A DNA stretch of 64,000 nt, from the NCBI GenBank assembly GCA_963727525.1, contig CAVSGO010000005.1, positions 96,001-160,000 of the forward strand, in the 5' to 3' direction. This document shows positions 41,442-51,374 of this stretch, piece after piece. Under the pieces are notes generated by a model. It saw only the letters and a list, made by a program, of their open reading frames with translations. It was not told the origin of the DNA and searched no databases. The DNA comes from an uncultured bacterium. Its GTDB lineage: Bacteria; Krumholzibacteriota; Krumholzibacteriia; LZORAL124-64-63. The position numbers and the translations under genes were made by a program. Numbering within the stretch: the first letter of the stretch is position 1; the number at the start of each line of letters is the position of its first letter.

Positions 41442-44027
41442 TCAGTGCCCAGTATCGAGCCCGTCGAGCGCGAGTTGCACCGACTCGTCGATCGTGCTAT
41501 CCAAGCCCGCTCGCAGGAGCACGAGGCGTGTCGCGCGGTCCCGCAAGAGGATCACGGGTCCGTTGCGGGCCGTCCCCCGGACGTAACGCGCCACCCGCTC
41601 GTCGGCGCGCATCACGTCCCCGGTCAGTCCCGCATCGCGCACCTGCATTCGCCAGGCAGCGACGGCGTCGTCATCACCGCAGACCACGATGCGCACGGGC
41701 ACGTCGTCGTGAGTCAGGCGATCGTTCGCACGCGCGAGGGCGGCGAGCACTCGCGTCGCCGCCTCGCCTGGTACGAGCCACACGTCGAGACCACCATCGA
41801 CGGCACCGACGGGCAGGTCCGCCGCGAGGTCCGCATCGACGAGCGTCCCCAGGTCCCAGCCCGCCGGGTCCACATCCATCGGCAACACCACCCGGGCTGT
41901 CTCGTCCACGGCCACGGTGAATGCCCGCAGACGCCCACACGCGCTGCCGCCGGGCACGCGCGTGACAGCGCCCAGCACGTAGGTGCCGGGATCCCAGGGT
42001 TGCACGCCCGTCGCGATGTCCCACCAGCGCGGATCGAGCTTTCCCTCGCCCGGCAGCGCCACGGCAAAACGCCGATAGGGTTCGGCATCCGGACAGGCCA
42101 CCCCGCCATGCGTGAAGGCGAGGTCGAGCCAGGCCGCCGCCGCGGCGGTGGCCTGCGGCGGCGACGTGTCGGGCGGCAGCGGATCCACCTGATGCCAGGC
42201 GCCGGACCACACCTCCACGTGGTCGCGCACGAAGCGCGCCGGCACGCCGGCGCGGCGGCAGAGACCCACGAAGGCCGTGCGCACGTCGCCACGGCGCCCG
42301 CGGCGCAGCCTCCATGTCCGGTCCGGCGGGAGCGGATTGCCCAAAGCACCGTCGGCCACGACCGCGACCCGCACGCGCAACGAATCCAGCCACGCGGTGA
42401 CGGTGGCGTCGGCATCGGCGCCCAGACCCCAGCGCGGCAACGGAGTGCGCCAGTCGCCGGCCGGCTCGTCGTGGATGCGACCGGGCAGCACCGCATCGAT
42501 GAAGAGGCTCTCCGGCACGCCGATCCCCCAAGCCTGCGACATGGCGTCGCGCACGGCCAGCGCCGCACGCACCTGGGCCAGCGCCGCGTCGGGCGTGTCC
42601 TCCAGCAGGTCCTTGTCGTCGGCGGCGGCGAGGAATGCCGTGAGGGCGCCTCGCTCCTGCCGCCGCATCGTCGCCAGCAGGCGTACCCACGGCGACACGG
42701 CCACCAGCGGCTTGGCAAGGATCGCGTCCCAGGCGGCGCGCAGGTCCGGCGGCAGGGAATCGAGCAGCGTCGTGTCGGTCGCATCGAGCGTGCGCAGCTT
42801 GGTGCGCTCGTCGGCGATCGCCGTGACGATCGCGCGATGGCGCGCGAAGACATCATCGGACACGAGAATCTCGTGGCGCAGCGGCAACGCGGCGGCCGAC
42901 GGATAGTGCAGCCAGAACGGTGGCGACGCCGCCAGGTCATAGCGGTCGGCCGGCCCGAGAGTGACGCGTGTGCGCCCCGCGGCCTCCCCCTTCACGACCT
43001 GCAGCAGGAGATCCCCCGTGCCCGGATCGGCCGCCGTGAGCGCATATTCGCCGGGACCGAGCGCGAGCGTGCCACCGCCTTTCAGCCTCGCGATGCTACG
43101 CAGCGTGCCGTAGTTCAACACGTTGACGAAGATCTCGGCGTCCGGAGCGCCGGCCACCTCGGCCTCGAGCGTGAACGCGCGTGTGTAGACGGCCGTGGAG
43201 TTGACGACGGTGATTCCGTCGCCCTGCCGGTACACCGGTTCGTCGGCCGGCGTGAACTCACCATAGGCCACGCTGCGCACGAAACCCGCGCGGCTCGCCG
43301 GTTCGCTGAACCAAGTGTTGTCGAGGCAGCGCGCGTCGTCGCAGCTCTCGGCGTAGTGCCAGCGGCCGTTCACCCACACCTCGACCCAGGCATGGTTGTC
43401 GTCGGTGAACGTCCAGTAGGGCGTGGAACAGGCGCGCGCCGGGATGCCGGCCGCGCGCAGGGCGCAGATGGTGAGGATCATCTCCTCCTCGCAGCGGCCC
43501 AGGCCGCGGGCGAGGGTGGTGAGCGGCCCCATGTCACGACCGCTGGTGGGCGTGTAGGTTGCGTGCTCGCGGCACCAGCGATTCACTGCGAGCGCCGCCG
43601 CTTCCATGTCGGTGTACGGCGCGACCACGGGCGCCAGCGCCCGCGCCAGCACGGCACGCCAAGCCTGTACCGGCTCCTGGCTCACGCGGTGCGGCACGAC
43701 GTAGTGGAGCCAAAGATCGTCCGGAACCTCGTCGCGCCACGACGCGCGTCGGCGCGCGTCGCAAGCGAACGCCACATGCTCCTGCAAGGTCGGCAGATCG
43801 AGATCGGCGACGTCGCTCGGCGGCAACCAGGCCAGGATCCATTGCGCCGCCCGTTGCGCTGGCGATCCGGACGACAATCCTGCGTACCACGTGGCAACCT
43901 GGGCGCCGTCGCCGCGCAGGGCGATCACCGAATCGACGCGCGCGGCGAGGTCGACGCCGGCGTCCGCCACGGAGGCAGCCATCAGGACACAGATGACCCA
44001 GAACCACACCGCTCGTTGTCCTCTCAC
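41442..44027 (-). CDS. Exported transglutaminase-like domain protein
   Basis: YVVPHRVSQE; GRCEEE...ALRAAGIPAR...NHAWVEVW; a second degenerate copy LCRRAGVPAR. Confidence 0.88.
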   Translation of the reverse strand: MRGQRAVWFWVICVLMAASVADAGVDLAARVDSVIALRGDGAQVATWYAGLSSGSPAQRAAQWILAWLPPSDVADLDLPTLQEHVAFACDARRRASWRDEVPDDLWLHYVVPHRVSQEPVQAWRAVLARALAPVVAPYTDMEAAALAVNRWCREHATYTPTSGRDMGPLTTLARGLGRCEEEMILTICALRAAGIPARACSTPYWTFTDDNHAWVEVWVNGRWHYAESCDDARCLDNTWFSEPASRAGFVRSVAYGEFTPADEPVYRQGDGITVVNSTAVYTRAFTLEAEVAGAPDAEIFVNVLNYGTLRSIARLKGGGTLALGPGEYALTAADPGTGDLLLQVVKGEAAGRTRVTLGPADRYDLAASPPFWLHYPSAAALPLRHEILVSDDVFARHRAIVTAIADERTKLRTLDATDTTLLDSLPPDLRAAWDAILAKPLVAVSPWVRLLATMRRQERGALTAFLAAADDKDLLEDTPDAALAQVRAALAVRDAMSQAWGIGVPESLFIDAVLPGRIHDEPAGDWRTPLPRWGLGADADATVTAWLDSLRVRVAVVADGALGNPLPPDRTWRLRRGRRGDVRTAFVGLCRRAGVPARFVRDHVEVWSGAWHQVDPLPPDTSPPQATAAAAAWLDLAFTHGGVACPDAEPYRRFAVALPGEGKLDPRWWDIATGVQPWDPGTYVLGAVTRVPGGSACGRLRAFTVAVDETARVVLPMDVDPAGWDLGTLVDADLAADLPVGAVDGGLDVWLVPGEAATRVLAALARANDRLTHDDVPVRIVVCGDDDAVAAWRMQVRDAGLTGDVMRADERVARYVRGTARNGPVILLRDRATRLVLLRAGLDSTIDESVQLALDGLDTGH

Positions 44028-44053
44028 ATCACGCCTCTCGTCTGGTGACGCTC

Positions 44054-44725
44054 CTAGCTGCCGGCGCGCCGCGCACCCTTGACCATGGCCATCAGCCCCG
44101 CCTCCATGGCCTTCGCCGTGGCCACGGGACCGGTGAGCTTGAAGAACACGTTGCCGTCGGGGGCTCCCAGCACCACGCCAACGAGCCGGTAGCCGTCCTT
44201 CGCCGTACCGCCGCCGACGGCCGGGCCCATGCCGCCCTTGTACGTGCCGTCTATGGACACCACATGGGCATCCATGCCGTCAACCGAGAAGGAGCTGCGT
44301 TCGGGTTCTTCCCCGCTCGCCGCAGCGACCTGGCCAGTCCATCGCGCGAGATTGGCGTCGACGTCGCCGCCCTGGCCGGCACCGAAGTAGAACACGTCGA
44401 TCTCGGCCGGATCGCTGTCGCCCTCCGCTGGCGCGAGCTGGTACTGCGCTTTGCGCATGCCGTTGGCGCCGAGATCCTGCCAGCCGGCGGAGGGCGTGAA
44501 GGTGGCGCCGGCGATGGTGAACGCACCCTCCGGCGCCGCCGCGGGTGCGGGCGGAATCCGGGCCGGCTGCGATTCCACGGTCCCGTTGCCGTGTCCGCCG
44601 ATCTCCTCGGCCTTCTTGCCGCCGCAGCCGGCAACGAGAGGGAGTGTGAAGAGAACAAGTGAGAAGAGGGCGAGAGCCCCGAGCATCGGGATCGTCCCGA
44701 GGCGGGTCATCGGTGACGTCTTCAT
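44054..44725 (-). CDS. Hypothetical lipoprotein
   Basis: Lipobox VAGC; MRKAQY, GGDVDANLARW, FFKLTGP; AAGGAG RBS. Confidence 0.75.
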   Translation of the reverse strand: MKTSPMTRLGTIPMLGALALFSLVLFTLPLVAGCGGKKAEEIGGHGNGTVESQPARIPPAPAAAPEGAFTIAGATFTPSAGWQDLGANGMRKAQYQLAPAEGDSDPAEIDVFYFGAGQGGDVDANLARWTGQVAAASGEEPERSSFSVDGMDAHVVSIDGTYKGGMGPAVGGGTAKDGYRLVGVVLGAPDGNVFFKLTGPVATAKAMEAGLMAMVKGARRAGS

Positions 44726-44818
44726 GGATCGCTCCTTGCCTGTGGTGCCGCGCGCCCGGGCGCGCCATGGTCTCCGAGACAGGAAAAGCCGAGCCGCGCA
44801 GATGGCCAGCGACGATCT

Positions 44819-44845
44819 TGTCACCAATGCCGGGATCGGTCGTAG
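44819..44845 (+). promoter_or_regulatory. Possible ECF-type autoregulatory promoter
   Basis: TGTCAC-16 nt-CGTAG upstream of the ECF sigma gene; resembles TGAAAC-N16-CGTA ECF promoters. Confidence 0.35.
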
Positions 44846-44902
44846 AAGGGATAGCTCGCCACGTCATGGATACGCCGTGTCACCGGGGAGAGAGGTCACC
44901 GT

Positions 44903-45511
44903 GTGGATCTGAAGCTCGTCAGGCGCGATCGCCGTCACGCCCGTTGGCTCGCCGGTGCTCGCGATGGCGATGGCCGGCTCTTCGCCCGGCTATACGACGA
45001 ACTCTACCCCCCGGTGAGCCACTACCTCGGCCGGCGCGTCGCCCGCGTGGAAGATGCCGAGGATCTTGTCGCGACGGTCTTCCAACGCCTGCTGCAGAAC
45101 CTGTCGCGCTTCGATCCCCGTCGGGGCAGCGTGCTGGGCTGGGCCATGACGATGGCTCGCCACGCGCTGATCGACCACCTGCGGCGCACCCGCGAGACCC
45201 TGCGTGTGGAGGACCTGGCCGACGTGCTGGCCGGTCCCGGCCCGGACCCCCTCGAGGGCCTGATCCGTACCGAGAAGGCGGATCGCCTCCGGCTGCGGCT
45301 TGGCGAGTTGCCGGCCGCCACGCGTGAAATGCTCGCCTTGCACTACGAGCAGGACCTGCGCCTGCGGGATATCGGCAAGCTCCTGGGCCTGAGCGAGGTC
45401 GCCGTGAAGCAGCGGTTCTCGCGGGCCCGCCGCGAGCTGCGTGACATGTTGCGAGCCGAGACTTCCCCTGCCCGTACCGTGCCAACCCGCGAGGTGGATC
45501 ATGCCACATGA
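44903..45511 (+). CDS. ECF RNA polymerase sigma factor
   Basis: DAEDLVATVF, WAMTMARH (region 2); IGKLLGLSEVAVKQRFSRARREL (region 4). Confidence 0.92.
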   Translation: MDLKLVRRDRRHARWLAGARDGDGRLFARLYDELYPPVSHYLGRRVARVEDAEDLVATVFQRLLQNLSRFDPRRGSVLGWAMTMARHALIDHLRRTRETLRVEDLADVLAGPGPDPLEGLIRTEKADRLRLRLGELPAATREMLALHYEQDLRLRDIGKLLGLSEVAVKQRFSRARRELRDMLRAETSPARTVPTREVDHAT

Positions 45512-46226
45512 AGACATGGATAGCCGGCTGCGCGCGCTCTTCGCTGCGCGTCGCCCGGGCCGTGACACCCATCGGGACGAGCTGCGTGCCACGCTGCTCG
45601 CCCACCACCACCGCGCCTACCCGCAGACGAAGAGGTGGACGATCATGACGCACCGGATCTGGTTCCGGCCCACACTTGCCGCTCTCGCCATCACCGTCCT
45701 CGGCGTGGCGGCTTGCAACACGCCTACGAGTTACGATGTCAAGATGGGCCAGCGCGTGGCCATCGCCGTCGACGGACCGGCCAAGGCCGCCGACCTCGAG
45801 GCCCAGCTCAACGAGGTGTCGGCCTTCGTGGAGACCCTGCCCGATGTCGACGGCGTGTGGGCCTCGATCGACGCCACGCCCGACGGCACCACCACGGCCG
45901 GCCTCAACGTCTGGGGCCAGTCCCTCGACGGCACCGCCCTGCAGGACGCATTGCAGCAACACTTCCCCTTCCTGGCCGATGCGGCCATCACGATCACCCC
46001 CCTGGCGGGCGAGGCCCACGGCAGCATGGTCGACGCCCTCGGCCACACGCTCTTCCACGCCGAGGTCCAGGGTGAGACGGCCGAGGAAGTCCGTCAGAAC
46101 ATCCTGCGCCAGCTTGCCGACCAGGGTTTCACCGGCGACGCCCGCGTCGAGTTCATCGAGGGCGACGGCCACCACACCATCAACGTCGAACTCGACGACG
46201 GCACGCCCCAGCGCACGTCGCACTAG
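45501..46226 (+). CDS. Putative anti-sigma factor (cytoplasmic N-terminus, TM/lipobox, periplasmic domain)
   Basis: Overlaps the ECF sigma stop; one hydrophobic segment ending LGVAAC. Confidence 0.65.
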   Translation: MPHEDMDSRLRALFAARRPGRDTHRDELRATLLAHHHRAYPQTKRWTIMTHRIWFRPTLAALAITVLGVAACNTPTSYDVKMGQRVAIAVDGPAKAADLEAQLNEVSAFVETLPDVDGVWASIDATPDGTTTAGLNVWGQSLDGTALQDALQQHFPFLADAAITITPLAGEAHGSMVDALGHTLFHAEVQGETAEEVRQNILRQLADQGFTGDARVEFIEGDGHHTINVELDDGTPQRTSH

Positions 46227-46376
46227 GCCTGGCACCCCCCACCTCCCGCGATCCCGGCAGCGGTCCGATAGCGCCGGGATCGTCATATCTGCAGGCTGAC
46301 CAGCGGCGTATTTCGTGCTAGATTCTCGGGTGAGATGGACGCGATGGCGCCGGCCGGAACCCCACCCGAGGTGGAG

Positions 46377-46724
46377 ATGATGAGCGAGGACCGCAAGTTC
46401 GAGAGGGCGCACGCCGCCTACCACGCCGAGATTCGCCGCCAGGACAGTGACGAGATCGTGGGCCATCTCGCCGACATCTCCGAGGGTGGCCTCATGCTCA
46501 CCGCGGAGGCGCCGCTCACCGTGGGCATCCGCCTCGATCTCACCGTCGAGCTGCCGCGGTCGGCAGGTGCGGGCGAGGTCGTGCCGGTGGCTGCGCGGGT
46601 GCGCTGGTGCGAGGCCGATCTGGCGCCCGGCGTATACGCGGCAGGCCTCGAATTCACGGGCGATGCGCCCACTGTCGCTCATGTGAAGGAACAGCTCGTC
46701 CGTCTGCTCGGGCAGGGCCGATGA
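46377..46724 (+). CDS. Stand-alone PilZ domain protein
   Basis: RKFER (RxxxR) and DISEGG (DxSxxG); VRWC...GLEF. Confidence 0.88.
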   Translation: MMSEDRKFERAHAAYHAEIRRQDSDEIVGHLADISEGGLMLTAEAPLTVGIRLDLTVELPRSAGAGEVVPVAARVRWCEADLAPGVYAAGLEFTGDAPTVAHVKEQLVRLLGQGR

Positions 46725-49030
46725 CGGCGAAGATGTCCGTCCGCGCTCACATCGAGCATCTCCTGACCACGCATCCCACGCTGCGGGTGCGTTTCCTGCG
46801 TTCCCTCCTGATCGCCATGCACAGCAAGAACGTGCTGAGCCTCGAGGAGGTGCAGCGGCAGGCCGACGAGAGCGTGCAGGTGAACACCACCCAGGCCGGC
46901 GACGACAACGTGCCCCTGGCCACGCGCCTCGACGAGGCCCAGCGCCGCAAGGTCCAGGAGCTGACCATCGATCACGCCGCGCGGCACCTCTCGATCGCCG
47001 AGATCGACGACGTCCTGAATATCACCCGCAAGCGCGACGAGGCCATGAATCTCGAGGAGATTGCCAACCTGAGCACGATCTCCTTCGGGTTGCTCCGCCA
47101 GAAAGTGCACGACTTCTGCTCAATCCCCCGCGGCCAGAGCCGTCTGCCCGAGTACGAGGCCACGTCGGTCCGGGTGGCGCTGATCAAGCGCATGGTGAGC
47201 GAGCAGCTCGAGTTCGTCGGCATCGCCAAGCGCTACCTCGAGATCCGCGACTTCGACGACATCGTCTCGCGCATCATCGGCCCGGACGACGGGCAGGGGC
47301 TCATCGGCGGCAAGGCCGGCGGCATGATCCTGGGCTCCAAGATCCTCGAACACGAGGCCCGACGGGATCCCCAGGCGCCGACCATCGCGGTGAAGGTGCC
47401 CGAGTCGTGGTTCGTGCGGTCGGACGTGATGGAACGCTTCGTCAAGCACAACGCGCTGCAGGAATTCCTCGATCAGAAGTACAAGCCGATCGACGAGGTG
47501 CGGCGCGAGTCGGGGATGATCCTCAATCTCTTCCGCAATGCCGACTTCCCGCCCGAGATCGTGGCGCGCGTGCGCGACTTGCTGGAGACCACAGGCTCCC
47601 ACCCGCTCATCGTGCGTTCCAGCAGCCTGCTCGAGGACCGCTTCGGCACCGCCTTCGCCGGGAAGTACCGCAGCATCTTCGTCACCAACCAGGGCACGGT
47701 GGAGGAGCGCCTCGACCAGCTCCTGGGCGCCATCGCCGAGGTCTACGCCTCCACCCTGATGCCCGACCCGATCAGCTACCGCCAGCGCCACAACCTTCTC
47801 GACTTCACCGAGAGCATGGGCGTGCTCATCCAGAAGCTGGTGGGCTGCCGCATCGGCCCCTACTTCCTGCCGGTCTACGCCGGTGTGGGCTTCAGTCACA
47901 ACGCGTACCGCCGCAATCCGCGTATCCGCGCCGAGGACGGCCTGGCCCGCATCGTCTTCGGCCTGGGCACGCGCGCCGTCGACCGCACCGCCAGCGACTT
48001 CCCACGCATGATACCCCTGGGCCTACCTACCATGCGCCCCGAGGTGAAGACCCGCGACATCGTGGGCAACAGCCAGCATCGCGTGGACGTCATCAACGTG
48101 GCGCAGAATCGCTTCGAGACGGTATCGGTGGCCGACGTCATGAAGCACGGCACGTCGGTGACGGGCGCCAACCTCGTGTTCTCGGTGCTCGAACACGGAT
48201 TCCTGCGCCCTCTGCTCGGCCACGGCCTGATGGGCGATGCGGAAGACCTCGTGGTCACCTTCGACGGATTCGCCCGCGACACCGGCGGACCGGGCCGCAT
48301 CCAGTGGGTGCTCAAGACCCTCGAGCGCGCCTATGGCTGTCCGATCGACATCGAGTACGCCAGCGACGGCACGGATTTCTACCTGCTGCAATGCCGGCCT
48401 CAGGCCATGCGCAAGTCCGTGGCCGTGGTACCGGTGCCGCCGGCAATCCCGGCCGAGCGGCGCCTTTTCTCAGCCCATAGCGACATCGTGAACGCGCAGG
48501 TCTACGACCTCGCCTGGATCGTCCTCGTCGACCCGCGCGACTACAATGATCTCGAATCGGAAGACCGGCGTCTGGCCGTCGCCCAGACCATCTCGCGCCT
48601 GAATGCCCGCCTGCACGGCGAGCGCTTCGCCCTGCTCGGCCCTGGCCGCTGGGGCAGCAAGGATACGCGCCTCGGCGTGCGCGTGGGCTACGCCGACATC
48701 AACAACACGGCACTCCTGGTGGAGATCGCCCGCGAACAGGGCGGCGTGCAACCGGAGGTTTCGTTCGGCAGCCACTTCTTCCAGGATCTCGTGGAGTCGG
48801 ATATCCACTACCTGGCACTCTACCCTGACGACCCCGATGCCGATTTCAACGAGAAGTTCCTGCACGGCAGCACCAATGCGCTCGTTGAGCTGCTGCCCGA
48901 GGCGGCGCCACAGGCCGGTGTCGTGCGCGTGATCGACGTGGCCGCGGCCACGGGCGGGCAGCGCCTGCACGTGATCATGGACGGCGAGCAGCAGGAGGCG
49001 CTCGGCTACCTCGACGATCCTCGGCGCTGA
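46721..49030 (+). CDS. PEP/pyruvate-binding (PPDK N-terminal ATP-grasp) domain protein lacking the phospho-His domain
   Basis: IGGKAGG, IVRSSSLLED...FAGKY, FGLGTRAV, DIEYA...LLQCRP, GPGRWGS, SFGSHFFQ. Confidence 0.88.
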   Translation: MTAKMSVRAHIEHLLTTHPTLRVRFLRSLLIAMHSKNVLSLEEVQRQADESVQVNTTQAGDDNVPLATRLDEAQRRKVQELTIDHAARHLSIAEIDDVLNITRKRDEAMNLEEIANLSTISFGLLRQKVHDFCSIPRGQSRLPEYEATSVRVALIKRMVSEQLEFVGIAKRYLEIRDFDDIVSRIIGPDDGQGLIGGKAGGMILGSKILEHEARRDPQAPTIAVKVPESWFVRSDVMERFVKHNALQEFLDQKYKPIDEVRRESGMILNLFRNADFPPEIVARVRDLLETTGSHPLIVRSSSLLEDRFGTAFAGKYRSIFVTNQGTVEERLDQLLGAIAEVYASTLMPDPISYRQRHNLLDFTESMGVLIQKLVGCRIGPYFLPVYAGVGFSHNAYRRNPRIRAEDGLARIVFGLGTRAVDRTASDFPRMIPLGLPTMRPEVKTRDIVGNSQHRVDVINVAQNRFETVSVADVMKHGTSVTGANLVFSVLEHGFLRPLLGHGLMGDAEDLVVTFDGFARDTGGPGRIQWVLKTLERAYGCPIDIEYASDGTDFYLLQCRPQAMRKSVAVVPVPPAIPAERRLFSAHSDIVNAQVYDLAWIVLVDPRDYNDLESEDRRLAVAQTISRLNARLHGERFALLGPGRWGSKDTRLGVRVGYADINNTALLVEIAREQGGVQPEVSFGSHFFQDLVESDIHYLALYPDDPDADFNEKFLHGSTNALVELLPEAAPQAGVVRVIDVAAATGGQRLHVIMDGEQQEALGYLDDPRR

Positions 49031-49692
49031 TCCCGGCGCTGACCAGACCCGCGCAGGTAGCGCACGCCGCACGCGATGAGCAGTAGGCATCCGGGCACGA
49101 ACAGCCCCACCGCATACGGCCGAGGCATCGCCCCGCGCAGCCCCGCGTCCATGTCCTTCAACCAGCTCGTCAGGAGCAGCGCCGACCCCGCCGCGCCCAG
49201 CAGCCAGGCTCCCGCGTCGGCCCGTCCGGGCTCGTCTCGCTCCTCCTTGCGCGCCACGAGCACGCCGAACACCACCATCAGCACCGCCGCAGTGGCCGGC
49301 GCATACACCGGCCCCACCCAAGGCCAGGGCAGCAAGAAGAGGATGTCCCAGGTACCGGGTGCGGGCGGCCAGCCGAGGGCGAGGAAGAGCCCGAGATAGT
49401 AGACGAGATCCCACACCCCGAACGCGATCAGGAAGCACGCGAACCGCTGCCAGCGCGACCGCCCCGCGAGCATACCCACAGCCGCGAGCATGACCAGCGT
49501 GGCCAGCTCGCGCACCAGCTCCACCTTCAGCAACGCCGGATCGATCACACGCAGCGGAAATGCGAACCCGCCAGGATAGACGATCCGCCGCAGATACACC
49601 ACGACCGCGGCCTCCACCCAGCCGAATGCCACGCCGAAGAGCGCGACCCACAGCAGGCGGCCGGTCACGGAGGTGCGGCGCGCCACGGTCAC
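49006..49692 (-). CDS. Hypothetical integral membrane protein
   Basis: About 5 TM segments; EAAVVVYLR, RELATLVML, WDLVYY, WDILFLLPWPW; start uncertain. Confidence 0.75.
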   Translation of the reverse strand: MTVARRTSVTGRLLWVALFGVAFGWVEAAVVVYLRRIVYPGGFAFPLRVIDPALLKVELVRELATLVMLAAVGMLAGRSRWQRFACFLIAFGVWDLVYYLGLFLALGWPPAPGTWDILFLLPWPWVGPVYAPATAAVLMVVFGVLVARKEERDEPGRADAGAWLLGAAGSALLLTSWLKDMDAGLRGAMPRPYAVGLFVPGCLLLIACGVRYLRGSGQRRDQRRGSSR

Positions 49693-49699
49693 CGGTGCG

Positions 49700-51265
49700 T
49701 CACCGCACGAGCGTGACGGTGCGCGTCTGCGATACCTGCCCCGCCACGACACGGCACAGATAGGTACCGGCCGCCACGGCTCGCTGCGTATCGTCGAGTC
49801 CGTCCCACGTCACGGCGTGGCGGCCCGCCGGATACGGACCCTGCGCCAGCGTGCGCAGCCGCCGCCCCGCCGGGTCATACACGGCCAGGTCCACCTGGCC
49901 CGACTCCGCCAGGGTGAAGGCCACGGTCGTGCGTGGATTGAACGGATTCGGGTAGGCCCCATGCAGCGTCACCGCCGGCGGCGTCGCGGCGTCCGGGGTG
50001 GCCGTGAGGTCGGGGTGCGCGAGGAACACCTTCACGCACGGTTCGCCCGAGTTGCCGACCACGAGGTCGGGCCAGTCGTCGCCGTTGATGTCGCCGAAGG
50101 CGATGGCCGTGCCCACCGAGGGCGAGTCGTAGGTCCACGACGGCGCCGTGGAAAGCGTGCCGTTCTGGTTGAGGTAGATGTGCACCTGGCCGTTGCTGAA
50201 ATGATCCTCGGCGAGGTCGAGATCGCCATCGCGGTCGACATCGCAGAAGGTGATGTCGCTGTGCCCGAAGTAGGTGGCACTGGAGGCCCACACCACGGAG
50301 AGCGCGCCCGCATCGTTGCCCCAGAGTTGCGTCGGCGAGTGACCGAGCGCGAGGTCGGCCCAGCCGTCGCCATCCACATCGCCCCAGGCCACGCCCTTGT
50401 CGGTATCGGTGGTGCCGGTGGTCCAGGTGGGCACCGTCTGCACGACGCCACTGACGGTGCGGTAGATACCACTGGCGAAGTTGGCCCACTTGGAGACGGC
50501 GATGTCGTCCCAGCCGTCGTGATCCCAATCGGCCACGGCCAGGTAATTCTGCAGCGACATCTCGGCCGATTGCCAGCCCGGTGTGGAGGACAGCGTGCCG
50601 TTGTCGTTGAAGAAGATGTACATGGGCCGGTAGGGATCGGTCGGAGAGTTGCCCTGGTTGGCGGTGATCACGTCGATGTCGCCGTCATGATCGATGTCAT
50701 ACGGCAAGGCGTAGTTGTTCCACGCCCCGCCCGACTCCGCGCTCGACCAGCCCGGCGACGTCGAAGGACCGGTGGCCGTGCCCCAGTAGATCACCGAGGG
50801 CGACATGGCCGAGCCGCCGTTGGCGGAGAAGATATCGGGATACCCGTCGCCGTCGATGTCGGCCACCTCGATATCGCCCGTGGACACCTCGTCGGCCGAA
50901 ACCCATGAGGGATCGGCCTCCAGCGCACCGCCGGTGTTGTAGTAGATGAGGTTTTCCCAGTCGGTGTAGGGCGGGAAGCTGTTGGAGATGTAGCAGCCTA
51001 CCACGACGTCGGCCCAACCATCGCCGTTCATGTCGGCCACCTGAAGGCCGCCCACCTGCCGGCGCAAGGCATTCTCCCAGTCGGGCGCCGTGCCGTAGGG
51101 CACGCCGTCGCGTGTCGTGATCACCTGTCCGTCCGTGGACGAGGAGACGATAGTCACCGTCTCCTGGCCATCGTCGGAAACCTCGACCGGCGGCGGCACG
51201 GCGCGCAGCGGCAGCGCGACGAAAGCGATCAGGGCGAGCGCGAGCATCGGGATCATGGGGCGCAT
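49700..51265 (-). CDS. FG-GAP/VCBS-repeat beta-propeller protein with FlgD-Ig C-terminal domain
   Basis: Seven DxDGDGxxD-type repeats; YPNPFNP...WDGLDD; GGAGG RBS. Confidence 0.9.
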   Translation of the reverse strand: MRPMIPMLALALIAFVALPLRAVPPPVEVSDDGQETVTIVSSSTDGQVITTRDGVPYGTAPDWENALRRQVGGLQVADMNGDGWADVVVGCYISNSFPPYTDWENLIYYNTGGALEADPSWVSADEVSTGDIEVADIDGDGYPDIFSANGGSAMSPSVIYWGTATGPSTSPGWSSAESGGAWNNYALPYDIDHDGDIDVITANQGNSPTDPYRPMYIFFNDNGTLSSTPGWQSAEMSLQNYLAVADWDHDGWDDIAVSKWANFASGIYRTVSGVVQTVPTWTTGTTDTDKGVAWGDVDGDGWADLALGHSPTQLWGNDAGALSVVWASSATYFGHSDITFCDVDRDGDLDLAEDHFSNGQVHIYLNQNGTLSTAPSWTYDSPSVGTAIAFGDINGDDWPDLVVGNSGEPCVKVFLAHPDLTATPDAATPPAVTLHGAYPNPFNPRTTVAFTLAESGQVDLAVYDPAGRRLRTLAQGPYPAGRHAVTWDGLDDTQRAVAAGTYLCRVVAGQVSQTRTVTLVR

Positions 51266-51342
51266 GGCGGGGCCTCCGCGGACGGGAAGGGCGATCGTGC
51301 GGTGAACCCTTCCATGGTACCGCATCGCCGCCGCCGTTACCA

Positions 51343-51374
51343 CCGCCACCGGCTACTTCCGCCACCGGCTACTT
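51343..51374. repeat. Perfect 16-bp tandem duplication spanning a stop codon
   Basis: CCGCCACCGGCTACTT twice (51343-51358, 51359-51374). Confidence 0.8.

Noticed and set aside
44878-44903. Second TGTCAC-N16-CGTG ECF-like motif
   Set aside because: It overlaps the RBS and start codon of the sigma gene, so it is probably coincidental.
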